From positions 7,671-71,670 of the forward strand of contig MQRK01216071.1 in the NCBI GenBank assembly GCA_001938485.1: 64,000 nucleotides of DNA, in the 5' to 3' direction. Made by a program: the position numbers and the translations under genes. How positions within the stretch are numbered: the first letter of the stretch is position 1; every line of letters begins with the position of its first letter. Below the pieces are notes generated by a model, which saw only the letters and a program-made list of their open reading frames with translations, made no database searches and had not been told where the DNA came from. Of the stretch, positions 13,750 through 28,200 are shown in pieces. The stretch is from Girardia tigrina (Eukaryota).

Positions 13750-14210
13750 CAAGTTATCAAGAACTTTAATCTATTTATTCCATTGAGTGTGTTCACAAAT
13801 TCGTATTGTGAGATGATGATTTGTCTTGTCAACCTTTGATTTTTGACTCCCATGACAATTAAATTTGTACACAAGATTAACTTGCAATCCACAAAATGTT
13901 TTCGATTTATTTGAGAGGAAGATTTATACTTTGGATGCAACAGAGACTACTTGGCACTACTAATTGTTCTACAAATACTCTTCTTAAAAGCTCAAAATCT
14001 TTCACAATATGGTATTTTTAATGATTTGTTTCAGTATTTTCTTTTTTAATTGTTTCTTAACTCGTGTACTTGTACATAATTTGTATAATGTTATCCTAAT
14101 GTTGTGTTCTATTTGCTTGTTTGTATATATATTGTCCTTCAAGCGCCCTCTAAGAATATTTAAACCCTGATTTGCAATTTCAAAATTGGATGACAAATTC
14201 AAAACTCAGT
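13750..14210 (-). mobile_element. Penelope-like element, RT-thumb/linker/GIY-YIG fragment
   Basis: LKDNIYT...KLCTSTRVKK...IPYCERF*AFKKSIC is homologous to the plus-strand copy at 19255-19750, which carries a decayed GIY-YIG motif. Confidence 0.7.
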
Positions 14211-14430
14211 GAAAATTTTGATTAGCATTATTTCATGCAATCGATTACATAATCATCATTTTGCATTTATATACAGGTGAATTGATCAGTGATTGATCAG
14301 GTGAATCAGTGACCTGAAGATGACGGTTGATCCGTCCAAATATATTGTCAATAAATATATTTTTTAATGGATGAGTTTTGTTTTTCATATAAAATTTACA
14401 TCCGGATTTCATTTTATCAAAAAAAAGAAA
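14210..14430 (+). repeat. Penelope-type pseudo-LTR, copy 1 of 3
   Basis: Homologous to ~25020-25230 (+) and ~36335-36500 (-); contains a hammerhead motif followed by AATAAA. Confidence 0.65.
14310..14350 (+). ncRNA. Minimal type I hammerhead ribozyme (mutated copy)
   Basis: TGAC-CTGAAGA-T-GACGG-TTGAT-CCGTC-CAAA-TATA-TT-GTCA: stem I TGAC/GTCA, core CUGANGA, 5-bp stem II, palindromic minimal stem III. GAAA reads CAAA here but is GAAA in both sister copies. Confidence 0.7.
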
Positions 14431-14449
14431 TGTACATATATAAAGTGTA

Positions 14450-14617
14450 GCTTATAATGCATTATGTGACGGAGTCATATCGTGGTAAAACGTGTAATAT
14501 TTTTTAAAAAGGTTAAATTCGATGACAAGATTGACTTCAAATTTATAAATATTTATTCAAAAAAATTAAGTTTAAATTTTGAGTGTGACTCAGAGTCACA
14601 TCGTTAGACGATTAGGG
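14450..14617. mobile_element. piggyBac-like terminus
   Basis: Ends ...TAGGG|TTAA (14618-14621), with subterminal inverted repeat TGTGACTCAGAGTCACA and a related TGTGACGGAGTCATA. Confidence 0.55.
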
Positions 14618-16303
14618 TTAATAATAAAAAATTAAGAAAAAAATTGTGATGTAATTTCACAGAAAAATAAATAATTTTTAATGTTACAAACAGATATATA
14701 ATTTAATTAATTAAATAATTTAATGTTACCAAATTTTAAATGGTTTATTTTTTTTAAATAATATAGAAAATAAGAAACTGTTGTCAAAAAAATTCTGTCA
14801 GAAATAATTTAATTTAAATAAAATTCTTAATCCCTCTAAAAATTGATTTATTTAGTCTTAGAGAGAAAACCACATTGATCGGATCAAATGCGGCATAATT
14901 TATTATTCTTTTATCGATATTTTACTGCCACTATTTATTGATTTTTCAAAGAGAATCTACAGAAAATTTATCGACTTGAATAATTGTGGAAGTCTGAGAA
15001 AAGTTTAACTTTTTGTACAAAATAAGGAGAAATATTCATTTTTTATTGTTTGAATGAGATTATAAACATTGCATGATCACATTTGGTTTTTATAGCCTTT
15101 TACCACGATTTATATTCAATCACTAAGTTTGTCTATTTGGTACAAATCTTTTTTCCATTATTTCTCTTACTTTTCATTATCGGATAGAGCTAACTTATTA
15201 AGTTACAATTAAATTTTAAAAATTCATCAAACATTTTAAACTAATAAATGAATAAATTGATCAAAAATGATTGATCAATGAGAAAACTTCAGTCAAAGTC
15301 ATTAGAGGTTGATATATAATAATTATTCGTGTTAAAATACAAACTCATCAAATATAAGTGTACTTTATATATAATTAACTGGGATCAAAATTTTGAGGAT
15401 TTTATGGCAAAGCCATAAATTTTGAGAATTTTTAAATTTAAACTGTAAAATATTTAAACATAATGTAAAAAAAAATTATAATATTTTTTTACATTTCAGG
15501 AAGGGACCAATATTTAAAATTCAGATTTAATCATATAAATAATTATCTTTTACAAAACAAATTATAATTATAGTTATTAGAATAAAGTCGATAAAAAATA
15601 TCATTAAAATAACTGTAAAACATTTTGAAGTTTAAAATTTAATAAATTCAATAGTAATTAATTCAAGTTTAGGAATGAGATCCAAATGAATAATCCAGGA
15701 AGTTTATATTAATTAAAAGCATTTCACAAAAATAAAATGTTAAAATTTGCACAATAATTATATTTTAAAATATGAATAAATTGGAAATATTACGTCTTAT
15801 CAATTTGTAATATAATATTATAAATTTAAATATTGTAAAGTTGTTAAATATAAATGTTAAAATTTGTTTTAAACTAAATCAGACAAAATATTGAAATGTA
15901 ATTCTGTAAAATTATTGTAATTAAAAAAAATTCAATTTCTAAAAATAACAATTTTAATAAATAACATATCAGTATTTATAATTCAGTATTTTTACGCATA
16001 ATCAATCTGGTCAAAAAGAAAACAGAAAAATTTTCCTCAACAAAAAGGTTTGAAACAATTGTTAATTGTTAGAAATTAAAGTTTTACGTTCTTATGAATT
16101 CAATTATTGATCACGAACCCAACAAAATTTTTTTAAATTAATCTTTACTTTCAAAAATTTATTACTATTCATTTAAAAATGTTAAAATATTATATTGATA
16201 CAATCTTTTTTCAATGAAAATGAATATAAAAAAAGGTTGTATAACAAAATAGCGGTAAAACTTTTTAAAGTAACGTTAATAAATAAATAAATATATTTAT
16301 ATA

Positions 16304-18014
16304 CAGTCAAAGTTTTATTTTACGAAATTTTAATTAACGAAAACGTCTATATTACGAAAAATATATTTTAAAGGTCCACGAAATTTGGTTTTAATATACA
16401 GTTTAACGAAATTTTTTTAACGAAAGACTAAAACCCATGACTAGCCGAGTGAATAATCAAAAGCAAACAAGAAGACATGTAAGTATTGATGAAAAAATTA
16501 AAATTCTAGATTACAAGTTACTGAATCCCGATGTTGCACAACTTGGATTGACAAAAAAATTAATATTTCGCTTGGAACAATCAATTCAATATTAAAAAAA
16601 GAGAAAAATCTACTGAAAATATGTGAAAACAAAAGAAATGCAAAAAATATTACGCAAACAAAAGAAATTAACCAAAAATTATTCAAAAAGTATTCAATGT
16701 ATTATTCGAATGGTTTAATCGTAAAAGATTAATGAATCACATTTTGACAGATGATTTATTGACCGAAAAAGCACTGTCAATCGCCAATGCTTATTATTTT
16801 CAATCATTTAAAGCATCAAATACATAGCTGAGAAAATTTAAACAGCACTTTCTAATAATCAATAAAACCGTTTGTGGAGAAGCAGGATTGATCAAAGTGG
16901 ATGACGTAAAGAACAGTTGGAGTGATTTTGAACACATGAAAGCAGAATTTGAATCAAGGAACATATACAATTGTGACGAGACATCTTTGTTTTTCAAATG
17001 CCCGTCCAAAAAAAAGACGACAGGGCATGCGGTAAATTTGCCAAAGACCGCATAACTTTGATTTTTTGTGCAAATTTATCTGGTCAAAAAGAAATACCAT
17101 TACTAATTGGAAAGGCAGAGACCACACGGGTTTAAACACTTGAATTTGAATGACCTTGGGTTGGATTATAAAAACAGCAAAAAGGCTTGGATGACAAGCA
17201 CTCTTTTCTTTAACTAGATGAATCAACTTAATGACAGAATGCAAAAAGAAAATAGGAAAATTTTATTAATACTGGACAATGCACCAGTTCATAATATCAA
17301 CAGTACTTTCTCTAATGTTCAACTATACGTTTTGCCACCAACAACCATCTCACAGATTCAGCCGTTAGATCAAGGTATAATTCGCTCTTTCAAGGCCAAC
17401 TATCATAAGTTTTTCATGTGAAATTTAACATTGAATGATGAAAAAGATGGTACATGTTATGCAAATTTGCTTAAAAACACAAAACTTAAAGATATTTTAT
17501 CGTTGATTATTGAAGCATGGAATTGTATGAGTGCCGAAACAATCACAAACTGTTTTAATAAAGCATTTAACAATTGGTCAAAAAATACAGTTGACATAAT
17601 AGATGATGATATTGAAGATACTCAAGAAAATCAACTTGATGTTGACTTTTCAACTTGCAATGAATACATCGAACATGATGATTTAAACAGTGAAGAAATT
17701 TGCATAGATGAAATACAACCAACCGAAGAAAAAGTCTCAGAGGAAGAGGAAGAGAAAGAAAAACTAATTAGTTATAATGAGGTGATCTCATATATTAATT
17801 TAGTGGAAGCTTATATGCTGCAAAACAGTTGTACCGATTTTATTAATCTTGGAAAAGTTAAAGAAGATATTATGAAAACAAAAAAAAAGAAAAGGTATGA
17901 AAATCACGGATTATTTTAATAAAAAAATTCAATAAATTTCTGAATTTTCGTTATTTTTTTTACGAAAGACCAAAATCCGTGTAAATTGATTTTCGTTAAA
18001 CCGAACTTTGCCTG
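16304..18014 (+). mobile_element. Full-length but disrupted pogo/Tigger (TIGD4/6-like) transposon
   Basis: TA TSDs; TIRs CAGTCAAAGTTTTATTTTACGAAA / CAGGCAAAGTTCGGTTTAACGAAA; ATG at 16437; CENP-B-like N-terminus, IYNCDETSLFF, LILDNAPVH, IQPLDQGII; stops and frameshifts. Confidence 0.92.
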
Positions 18015-19254
18015 TATATGTTTTTTATAAATTACATACTCTTTAATCAATCTTTTTTGAAAAATAGGATGTTATAGTCATTTAAAATGAAAGGCAGAGG
18101 CAGAAACGACTCTTCAAATCAAATACCCATTTAGCAGAAAAGCCCCTTAAAGTGCACAATTCATGTTTGGTTCCAGAACCTTAGGGATGAAACTAAAAAT
18201 TTGGAAGCGGAATTTTTGTCTTAACATCTATCAATTTAAAGCATTAGCTGAAGATGATCCACGCGTTACATTTGAGTAGTTTGCTATTGAAATAAGTATG
18301 TACTTTAAATCTGTTTCTAACGATCTTCAAAAACTAAGAAGTCACATAAACTAATAAATTTTTAAAACAAAAACGACTCTTTTCTCGAATACTTTGTGGT
18401 AAATGATGAACAGAAAGTTCTCCACGATAAGCAACGATATTCTGTACTAATTTTCCATGAATTTTTCGGGAATAAATGACAATCCCAATTATCACTGTCA
18501 GTTTGGATAAAAAAAGTCTAATCAAATGTCAAAACCAAATTTTATAAACCTATTTGATGAAACTTGGGTCGTGATAACCGCCATGTCAAAATACTCATTC
18601 ACAGACCAATTTATTATAACAAATAAAAGACAAATTATATTTATTAATTGTCTTATATATTGAGAAAGCGAAAAAAGAGAAATTTTTATCAGAAATTTTT
18701 TTATAGATTATTATTTATCATAACATTCAATCTCATAAACAAGGAGGTTCGAAGAAGAAAGATTTAACAAATACATTTACATCGAAATTAATTGCATTTC
18801 CTTGTTGTATTTTATCAAATTAAAGATCATTTTCCAGAATTGAGAATAAATATTATTTATTTTAAAAAAATATATTACAATTATTTTGATATCTTATCAT
18901 GTCATAATTCGATAAATTAATTTTTTCAATTAAATTACTATATTAATTATAAAATGTACTTATTTCTTGCACTTTTATAATTGAAATAAAATAATAAAAT
19001 TTAATTAGCAGTAAATAAATATATAATGTTTTTTTATTATTATTTATCTTCAAATTTATCTTCTTGTCAAAACCAATAAGATCAGAAAAAGTGAATCATG
19101 TAAAATATCTTACCTTCACTAAAAATATAAAATAAAAATATAAAAATAAATAAATATTCATATATTTGAAAAATAATTTTTGTAAAAGCTTTTTTTAGAA
19201 AATTCATTATTGAAAATTTTTTTGAATCGCAGGTCAGGGTTAAAATATTTTAAA

Positions 19255-19950
19255 AAGACGCTTGAGAGACAATATGTACACAAAACACGAAGGTTACATT
19301 GGGCAAATTATGCACTCAAACACAAGTTAAGAAAGGATTAAATGAATCAAACATTAAAAAGAACAAAGAAATAATCGTAATACCATATTCTGAAAGATTA
19401 AGAGCATTTAAGAAAAGTATTTGCATGAATATGGGTAGTGTCAAAGTGGTTTCAATTACATCCAAAGTTCAAAGCTTCATCTAGAATAAATCGAAAAGGA
19501 TTTGTGGATCGCAGACTAATTTAATTTATAGATCTGATTGTCACGGTTGTAAAAAACTCGTAAATTGAGAGACAAATTGTCATCTCAAAACTCGAATTAG
19601 TAAGTATTCATTATCAATTTCGATCGAGTAAGGTTCTTAATCATTGTAGGAATAGAATCTATTCTGTTTAAAAGGATGAGTTTTCTGTTCTACAGAAGGA
19701 CTCTGATTCATATTAAGAGCGGCAGTTCTGTGAATCATTATTAATAAACATTCCAAATGGACAAAATAAAGTCGTTTCACATCATAAAATCTTTAATTAA
19801 TTTTTGAAACATTTTGCCATGATTATCCGACGATATCTTATATCCCTTGAAACTAACTTTTTTATAAAATTAACATTAAAACTAACAAATGTTAATTATA
19901 ATTGATGATGATGAAACATGATCTGAAAACTGAGAATAAAGTACAAATAT
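19255..19950 (+). mobile_element. Penelope-like element 3' fragment (GIY-YIG endonuclease)
   Basis: IVIPYSERLRAFKKSIC...TNLIYRSDCHGCKK..ETNCHLKTRISKY is a decayed (G/N)xIY..C..C...YIGETxRxLxxRIxEH motif. Confidence 0.75.
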
Positions 19951-21049
19951 ATAACTTGAATTTCTCAGGTATTATCTGTATTAATTATAAATTATAAAAA
20001 TAAATTATTAAGCTTCAAAAAAATTACTTTTTTGAACATTAAATAAAACAATTTGTACATATAGGATGGGTGAAAGGAGCCGTAACCATTTTCAATAATC
20101 AAATATACAATATAAATCAAAAAGTATTTTTTCGAAATATATTTTTCCTAATTTTTAACTATTTTATCTAACATTTCCAGTGTAATTAAAACATTGTATT
20201 TAATAGAATTAATTAGCAGATAATTCCAATGTTGATGGAAAGATAAATGTAGACTGTTTAATAAGAATAAGAAACGGTGCAAGTAGTGTGAATAACGTTT
20301 TTAATAAAACTGAATACTAATAATTTAAATTAAAAATGGTAATGAATTTTAATTAATAAATTTTAATAAATTTAAAAACACAAGACTTCTAATTAAATCA
20401 GGAAATAAAACAGATAGGTGAAGGTTAAGTTAAGATTTTATTTTTTCAAGAAATAATAAAATATTATAATACAACGAAATCTAACAAGACTTAATAAATT
20501 TAATAATAAAAATGTAAATTTTTTTTAAAATAATAAATTATGTATCTATTTTTAAAAGTTATTATTTTTAGGTAAGAAAAAAATGAAAAGGGTTCTTCAG
20601 AAATTTATTCAAAAAACTAGTTTAAAAAATATGTCATTTTGTTGTTATTAAATAAAAGTTTTAAAAATGTCAACTATTGAGTTTTCAAGTGCGAATTTCC
20701 CCGAACCTAGCAACCATTAAAAACAACTTTTAAGGAAACTTATCTGTTAATCTTAGTTAAAGATGTGTTATATAAAAGATATGGACTATCGAAGAGTGTA
20801 TCAATAGCAACTGACGTTACTAAATAATTAGAAAATATTTTTTTCAATTATTATTTACTTTGTATTCTTGATTCTTCATTTTTCAGTACGTTTTATGTAC
20901 GAACACTAGTTTCAAGATATGAAAAATATAACGATCTATGTAACAAAGTTTTGTTATTTGAAATAAACAAAATTTTATGAAACGGCTAATGAACTTTTAT
21001 TTATGGCTAAGTTGTAAAAAACGTCTTCAGAGGTTTGATAAGTGTTTAA

Positions 21050-21360
21050 CACGTTCGCGGACCACGAAATGTGAGGTAGGCTAAAAAAACACCCATTTTT
21101 AAAACATGTTTTGCTTCACAATGTTACACTTAGTTGTACTTAGTAAAAAAAATTTTTTTTCCTCACTGATTTTTTTCCTAAGTGTTATTGCCGCGTGTTT
21201 TGTCACCAAAGGAACACTGGTAGTATTATTTGTACTTTTGATTATGTTTTCTCAAGACGGTTATTACTATTTCGTCCTACGTCAGCATAAGTTCTTAGAC
21301 GGGTATAATCGTTTTGTCCGCAAATGTGTTAAGGAAAGTAAAAATTTTCGAATGTAATGA
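21050..21360 (+). mobile_element. piggyBac left end remnant
   Basis: TTAA (21046-21049) then CACGTTCGCGGAC, a piggyBac-type terminus. Confidence 0.5.
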
Positions 21361-22099
21361 TAATATTATTGAATTAATAAACGTCTAATTTCTTCTGAAA
21401 ATTTAAACTATAAATTTTCATTAAATGGAATAAAATAGAGATAATGAAAATAATAATTAGTTAATAGTAAATTTATAATTTCTGAACACAGGAAAACGTG
21501 TTTATCGTAATTCTTTACGGTAAGCATTTTTATAGTTATTGGAAGAGAGTGTCATGGAAAGTATTGTTAAATAAGTCAATCAGATTATTGAGAATATTTG
21601 ATTAGCATGTAAAAAAACATTCACCAAAACATTATTCAATGACTTGACACTAACACTGGATTGATCATTTGAAACGTATTGTTTTAAATATATATTTCTA
21701 CTTTGTATTGAATGATTTTTAATTTTGAATATTACAACTAATAAATGATTAAATACAAATTAATTAATTGAATAAATTAATAGAAAATTGGTTAAATTAA
21801 AACTTTATTTCCAAAATTAATATCAGAAGATTACTCAGTTCTATCTACAAACGAAATTAATATTAGTTTTAAATAGACTAAAAATATTGAAAAAGAGTAA
21901 ACGTAGGTATTATTAATTCGATCAGTGGATCCGAAAATTAATATTTAAACCTCACATTCAACTTCTTAATATTTTCAAATAGTGTCTGATGACAAAACTA
22001 TCATATTTAACTCCCAAAAACTATCAAAATGCTTAAACAAAATTTTGAAATTATTAATTTACATTTTTCCTATGTTCTGCAATATTGAATGTGCCTTTG

Positions 22100-24978
22100 G
22101 AATTTTAGGTGCGCGTTAAACACGAGTACTCAATATTTTTTAGGAAAATCAACTCATAAAAGTTTCGCAATGTCATTAAAATATAAAATTATCTCAAATA
22201 AATATAAGTTTGTTTGTAATGATTTATAGTTTTCAGTTTCAATTTCAATGTCATCACCACTATTCATTAAAGACAATTTAGGCAAAGCGGTAGTGACTAT
22301 AGCATCCGAATTATGTTGCTAGTCGATGTCAGTACATTGGATGTCATTCTAATCTTCAGCGTCATTGATCGGAGTTTCAACTTTTTCTAGTCAGAGCTCA
22401 TCGTCTGAAGTATCATCCAGTGCATTAGAAATAGAACATTTCAAAAAACAATTCTTAATTATACCTACATCTAATTTGTCCCAAGTATCACTGATCCACA
22501 GGATATTATGCTTACTAAAGAAAATAAAAGAAATATCTTTACTATATTATTTTAAAATCAGGAATGGTATTTACCTGAAGGGTAAATGCTCTCATGTTTC
22601 CATTTTTGGTGAAAGTTTGGTCACCTTCTAGAAACCAGGTATTCCACTTAGCTTTAAAAGCATCTTTCATTGTCTTGTTTAATGATTCACCTAACGGCTG
22701 CAACAATTTTATCATTCCTCCAGGGATTTTAGCAATATCAGTATTTTCGGCACGTAGCTTCTTTGATATATATGGCATGCGATGACAGCGGAATGAGACT
22801 TATACCAGAAGTGATGGCCTTTTTAGTAGTCCACCCCTACGATTAGACAACGCTGTCTTTATCCAATCTTTAACAAGGTTTTCCTCCATCCATCTAGTCT
22901 GTTATTTACGAACATAGACATCTGGATCACCCTTTAGATCCTTGGACAGTGTTTTCCGCTTAAAAACTTCCATAAAAAGAAGGAGAGAGAAGTATGGATA
23001 AAGAGAAACGCAATATCAAAAACGATGAATAAAAGATTTTTCAATTTTTGGTTTTAAAATAGTAGGTGCGCATTATTCTACAATATGTTGGGGTGGAGCT
23101 CGTACGGGCCGGGCGTCGATTTACTGGCTATGGACTTCAAATTACGGACTACATACATACATTCATATAAAAAAACTAAGTACAAATCTTTATTTCAAAA
23201 TCAATGTACAAAGAAAAACGTTTTCACTTGTTGCCATCATCCTCATCCATGGCGAGACAATCGAATTCACAGCTGTTTTCAATAATTAATGACATATTTA
23301 AAGGAGTGATTATATCGAATAAAAAGAATGTTATCCACAACTTCATTCGACATGATCTCTCTCAAAGGAGAATGAATACATTTGTGGACACTAAAACACC
23401 TCTCCACAGCTTCCTCGGTATCATTTTGAGTTTATGTTCCATAGCGCAATCGCCTCGGAATGATTGCAATTGAATGAAATTCGTGTTTGCAGACGTATTG
23501 ATGGTATTCCGGAACTCCAAGAGCGTCCAACCATTTGGGAAGCCTACCTTCAGAAGCTTCTGATAACTGTGTTTGCTCATTCACAAACAAATTAAGGTGA
23601 ACAACTGGATGCATTAGTAAATGTCTGCAATTTTCAGTCACCGTTGCTAAGTAGTCCAATCGGTTTTAGAGGTCTTTGATATTGCTTTGCACAACTCTTT
23701 GTACAACGTCAGTCAATCACAACCGTCCTTTTCAGCAACATTGAGTACATAAATGAAGCAGACAAAGCTGCTATTGTGTTCTCAATGTGAACAAGCATTT
23801 CAGAATTGGATAGTCCTTGTGTCCGGTCTTGTGTCCTGATGTTTTTCGCAAGATCCATAAAACGATCAAAGACACTGTTCCATCTGATCTGGCAGTAGCG
23901 CTTTATAACACCATTCTGAATGTGGCTCAAAAGTATTTGAATTCAACATTTTTCAATGCATCTTTAATTATAAGGTTGATTATGTGAGCAGCACATCTTA
24001 GGGGCAACATGTAAGGGCGCTATTGAAATACGAGTTCCATCGTGGAAACCATACATCTGTCATTTTTGGTAATAGAACTGATCAACTTGATATCAAAAGA
24101 ATCCAAATTGTCCAGTATATCAAATACACACGTTGAAATAGACAGGTAAAAAATAAAAAACTTGTCAGGTAACAAGAAACTCTGCAAAAATACTGGTTTC
24201 AAGGGTTCATTGAAGAATAATAATAATATGGTTAAATTTTAGAGGTTGGATACAGGATTTAGTCATTATTTATTATTTTAGTCATATTTATAAGATAAAC
24301 TGTAAAAAAATTAAAACCATAAATTTATTAAATTAATTTACATTGAAATTAAAATTAAATTAATATTTAATATCTTATATGGAGAGTTCTGACAAAAGAT
24401 TTTCAAATTTTTTAAAACAAATTATTTTTTGAACTAATAAATATTTCAATTATTTAATATAAAATAATGAAAAAAATTAATTTTTAATTTTTCAAATTTA
24501 TTTTATAAAAAAATAATCCTTTAAATTTTTTATAAATTTAATTGTTTCGGTGTTTTTCTGCGGAATTAAATGTTTTGGTGTTATTTGGTATACTAAAGTT
24601 ATAAAACTTAAATTGAATAATTTAAAAAAAACGTTTGTGATTCAATATTAATATCCATTTATAAATAAAAGTTGAAATAAAAAATATTTTAATTTAATAT
24701 TCAATTTAATTTTAAATATTTTGGATATAATATTTTAGTATTAAATTGCACGGTATTAACTGTCACATACTGTAATTATAAGTGCTTGCTATAACGTTGT
24801 ATTCAGTTTTTTAGTATTTCAAATTATGTGTATGTCCAAACAATATTAGAAAAAGAAAGAGCTAATTTATATTTTGAAGCCCGTACCTCGGGCCAGGCGG
24901 AAAGGTACTGGCTACCGGCTCGGGCTACTGGCCAAGCCCCACCCCAGTTAATAGGCGTTGTAATCGAGATTTTACGGA
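22100..24978 (-). mobile_element. pogo-family (POGK-like) transposon remnant, interrupted near its left end by the hAT element
   Basis: AKIPGGMIKLLQPLGESLNKTMKDAFKAKWNTWFLEGDQTFTKNGNMR and IKNCFLKCSISNALDDTSDD are typical. Subterminal GCGCACC motifs at ~22110 and ~23066; left terminus CCGTAAAATCTCG lies beyond the hAT insertion, ending at 24977. Confidence 0.75.
23088..24947 (-). mobile_element. hAT transposon (decayed) with TIRs
   Basis: TIRs TGGGGTGGAGCT / AGCCCCACCCCA; degenerate 8-bp TSD (ACAATATG / TTAATAGG, 5 of 8 match); LRCAAHIINL, QIRWNS, EAVERCFS motifs. Confidence 0.85.
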
Positions 24979-25019
24979 AGGTCGCGTTACTCTAAAATCA
25001 CTGTTCAATCTGCATTTTC

Positions 25020-25230
25020 AACTATCTTGTTGCTAATTTATTTACGCAATCAATTACATAATCATTATTTTTGTAGTTATATCCAGGTGAATTAAATTAA
25101 CAATTAGTCAGTGATCAGAAGTTTGCAGTTGATCCGTTGAAATATATTACCTCTAGATATCTTTTTAAATGGATGAATTTTGTTCCTATTAAAAAAGTTG
25201 CATCTGAATTGAAATTTATCAATAAAAATG
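25020..25230 (+). repeat. Penelope-type pseudo-LTR, copy 2 (degraded hammerhead at ~25110-25150)
   Basis: GCAATCAATTACATAATCATT...CAGGTGAATT...GTTGATCCGTTGAAATATATT...AATGGATGAATTTTGTT aligns to 14210-14430. Confidence 0.6.
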
Positions 25231-28200
25231 AAATGACCAATATGATAAATAGGAATTCACTCGAAATTCCGAAAATCTTTAATTAAAACTGAGGAGTTAG
25301 TTAAAATTTTCAATCCGTCGAATAATTTATATTTTTTTTAATTGTTTGAAAATCTAAGTACGTTATATGAATATTTTTTTCTGTGGAATATGAATCAAGA
25401 ACTTGTTGATAAGGAAACGGGCATAAACGCTACTAACAAAAACTATTTTACCAGAAAATATGAAGAAGATTCTTTGTATTGTATAAACAAGAAAATTAAT
25501 CTTGATAGAAAATTAATTTAATAATTCTCATGTTAATTACGGGTTCGAAAAATAAGCTGAAATCTATTTGAATATTTTTATTCGGAAACTGAAAGAGTGT
25601 TTTGGAAGGAATAAGGATTCGACTTTAATATTGAAATCAGTTAAGTTGTTCGTTGGAGAATTTGACTTGCAATGAAGGATGTTGATGAGCGAGCTAGAAA
25701 TTAGTTTTTGTTTTCAGATGAAGACTTTTCATCCACAATGAGCTAATGATGTGACATATTTTATCAGATCAGAATAAAATGTTCGGAGAATACCAATCCC
25801 TTGGTAAAGTTTCAAATTTTATGCATATAAATTTCTTCTTTTATCCCTGTTTTTCTTTTTTCGTGTTTCTGTTTTTTCTTTCTGATACATAAATCCAGGA
25901 CAAACATAAAATAACGTTCTAAAAATACATTTAAAAAAAGGAGAAGTACATTATAAAATAAAAAATAAAAAATGTGTTCTGTCTTTCCATTTTTTTTAAA
26001 AATATACAAGTTCAAAAAATTTAATAAAGCTTTTTCGGCGACGGATTATTTTAAACCAAATATTAATTACTTATTAAAAAAACGTTCTACCAAAAATCAT
26101 TAAATTTCATTATAAAATAAATTTTGAAAATTCATTTTAGAATCAGAAGAATTTTAACAATTATTTATATTTTATATTTATTAAACTTTTTCATAATCCT
26201 ATGATTTGTGAGGCCAAATGACGATTTACTTCGCTCTAAATGTTATTTCTATTTACATTAATTTTAGTTTTTAGTAAATAAATAACGTTTTATTTAATAA
26301 CTTTTTAGATTTTTCAAATTGCAATTTAAAAATTAAAAATTAATTAAAAATTTTTAATTCAGAAAAAATATATTTTTCTAAAAAATTCTTTAATTAATTA
26401 ATATATTAACCAGTAAAAGAATTTTATCATTAAATAATATTAAATAAAGTATAGAAAACTGTTGTTTGATATATATATTACTTTAATTCAAATAAATGGA
26501 TGAAAAACTTTGTATTTCAAATGATTTTTAAAATATTTTAATACATAATTATAATTTTTTTTAATTTTATATTTTATTTCAACTGTCTCTTCTCAGAAAA
26601 AGATTTGAGAACAGTTTCAAAAAATGATACAATAAATTTTTTAAAATATATTTTTAAAGAAAATTCTCTATTAGTATTAAATTAGATAAACTATACTGTG
26701 TTTTATTTAAATTAGTATTTAAATTAGATATAAATCCTATAAATATTCGAGAGAGATTATAGAAAATTGAGAAAGAAATTAAAAATAGTTTTAATAAATA
26801 AAATTCTTTCCCAGAAATATAATTTTAGATTTTTTATTTAAAAATTAGAATTTTAAAAGTCAAAATAAAAATTTTAAAAAATATTCAAATTTCAGATTTT
26901 TAATTTTTTAATTAAATAAATAAAATATTATAATTTCTTAGATTAGACTATTCAAAGTTTTAGAAATATTTTAGATTTATATTTATATACGGTGAGGTTT
27001 TAAATTGATTTGTTTTATTCAAAGGATAAGGATGAAACACGTATTTATATTATAATATAATATTTGTATTATACTATATTATATTGTTAAGTCTTGCAAA
27101 CGCTAATTTGCTATTGTTGCAGTATAATTTACTTAAACTCATTTGAAATTATAATACTTGTACATGTTTTGATGAATCTTACATTATTATTAACAATTAT
27201 ATATTATTTCAATAAAATTAAAAATAAATTTTTAAAATTTATGAAAAAAATTAAATTATACTTTATTGAAAAATAATTGGATATAATTGGTAAGTTTTTA
27301 TTTTTTTTAATTAGAAATTTTAGGAATTGAAGTGACTTTACTTTTAAGTATCTAATTAATAATGATTCACAAAAATGCCGCTCAAAACGTCACATTTTGT
27401 GGAATTGAAAACTCATTCTTTGAAAAAAAGAGATTCTTTCATTACAATACCTTCAAGGATCAAAAACCTTACTTGATCGACTTGATTGCGAATTCTAAAT
27501 AATCTAAGTTTAGAAAGGAAAATTTTTTCTCTAATTTTTAAGTTTTAATAGTCGTGAAAAATAAATAACTAAAACTAAATTAGTGTGCAATCCACAAATC
27601 GTTTTCAATTTATTTTAAATGAAACTTTGCACTTTGAAACCCCTTTCACATTTTTATAAATACTTTTCATTTATGTTCTAAACTCTTCAGAATATGGTAA
27701 CTTAATATATGTAGTGTAATAATCGGTTCTTTCATTTCTTTGAATGTTTTTTAACTCTTTCCTGTAGTAGCTCACAAGCTTTTTTATCACACGAAGTAAT
27801 ATGTATATATTTAATGTTGCATTCCTTATATTTGTGAAACAATATCATTAAATATACCAAATAAATAAATAACATAATAAATATATGTTAAAACTAAAAA
27901 TTAATGTCAAAGGAGGTAAACATTAAAGAGAATGTCAAAAACATGTGTACCAACCACAAAAATATAAATATTCTAATAAACGCACGAGTTTTAAAGGAAA
28001 ATTTCCGTATATCTTTTGATCATGGTAATATATTAAAATATATAATTAATTGAGATAATATCAATTAATATTTTGGTTTTCGCTCTTTAATTCATTTTTG
28101 ATCCCATTTGTTTTAATTATGCAAATTGTTTTTTTTGAATTTTTATGAAAACATTATATTTAATTCTGGAGGGAAAGAGTTACGGAGTTTAGGAGTATAA

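Noticed and set aside
18080-18600. Possible MULE or Merlin transposase remnant
   Set aside because: Only vague similarity; no diagnostic motif or termini could be read.
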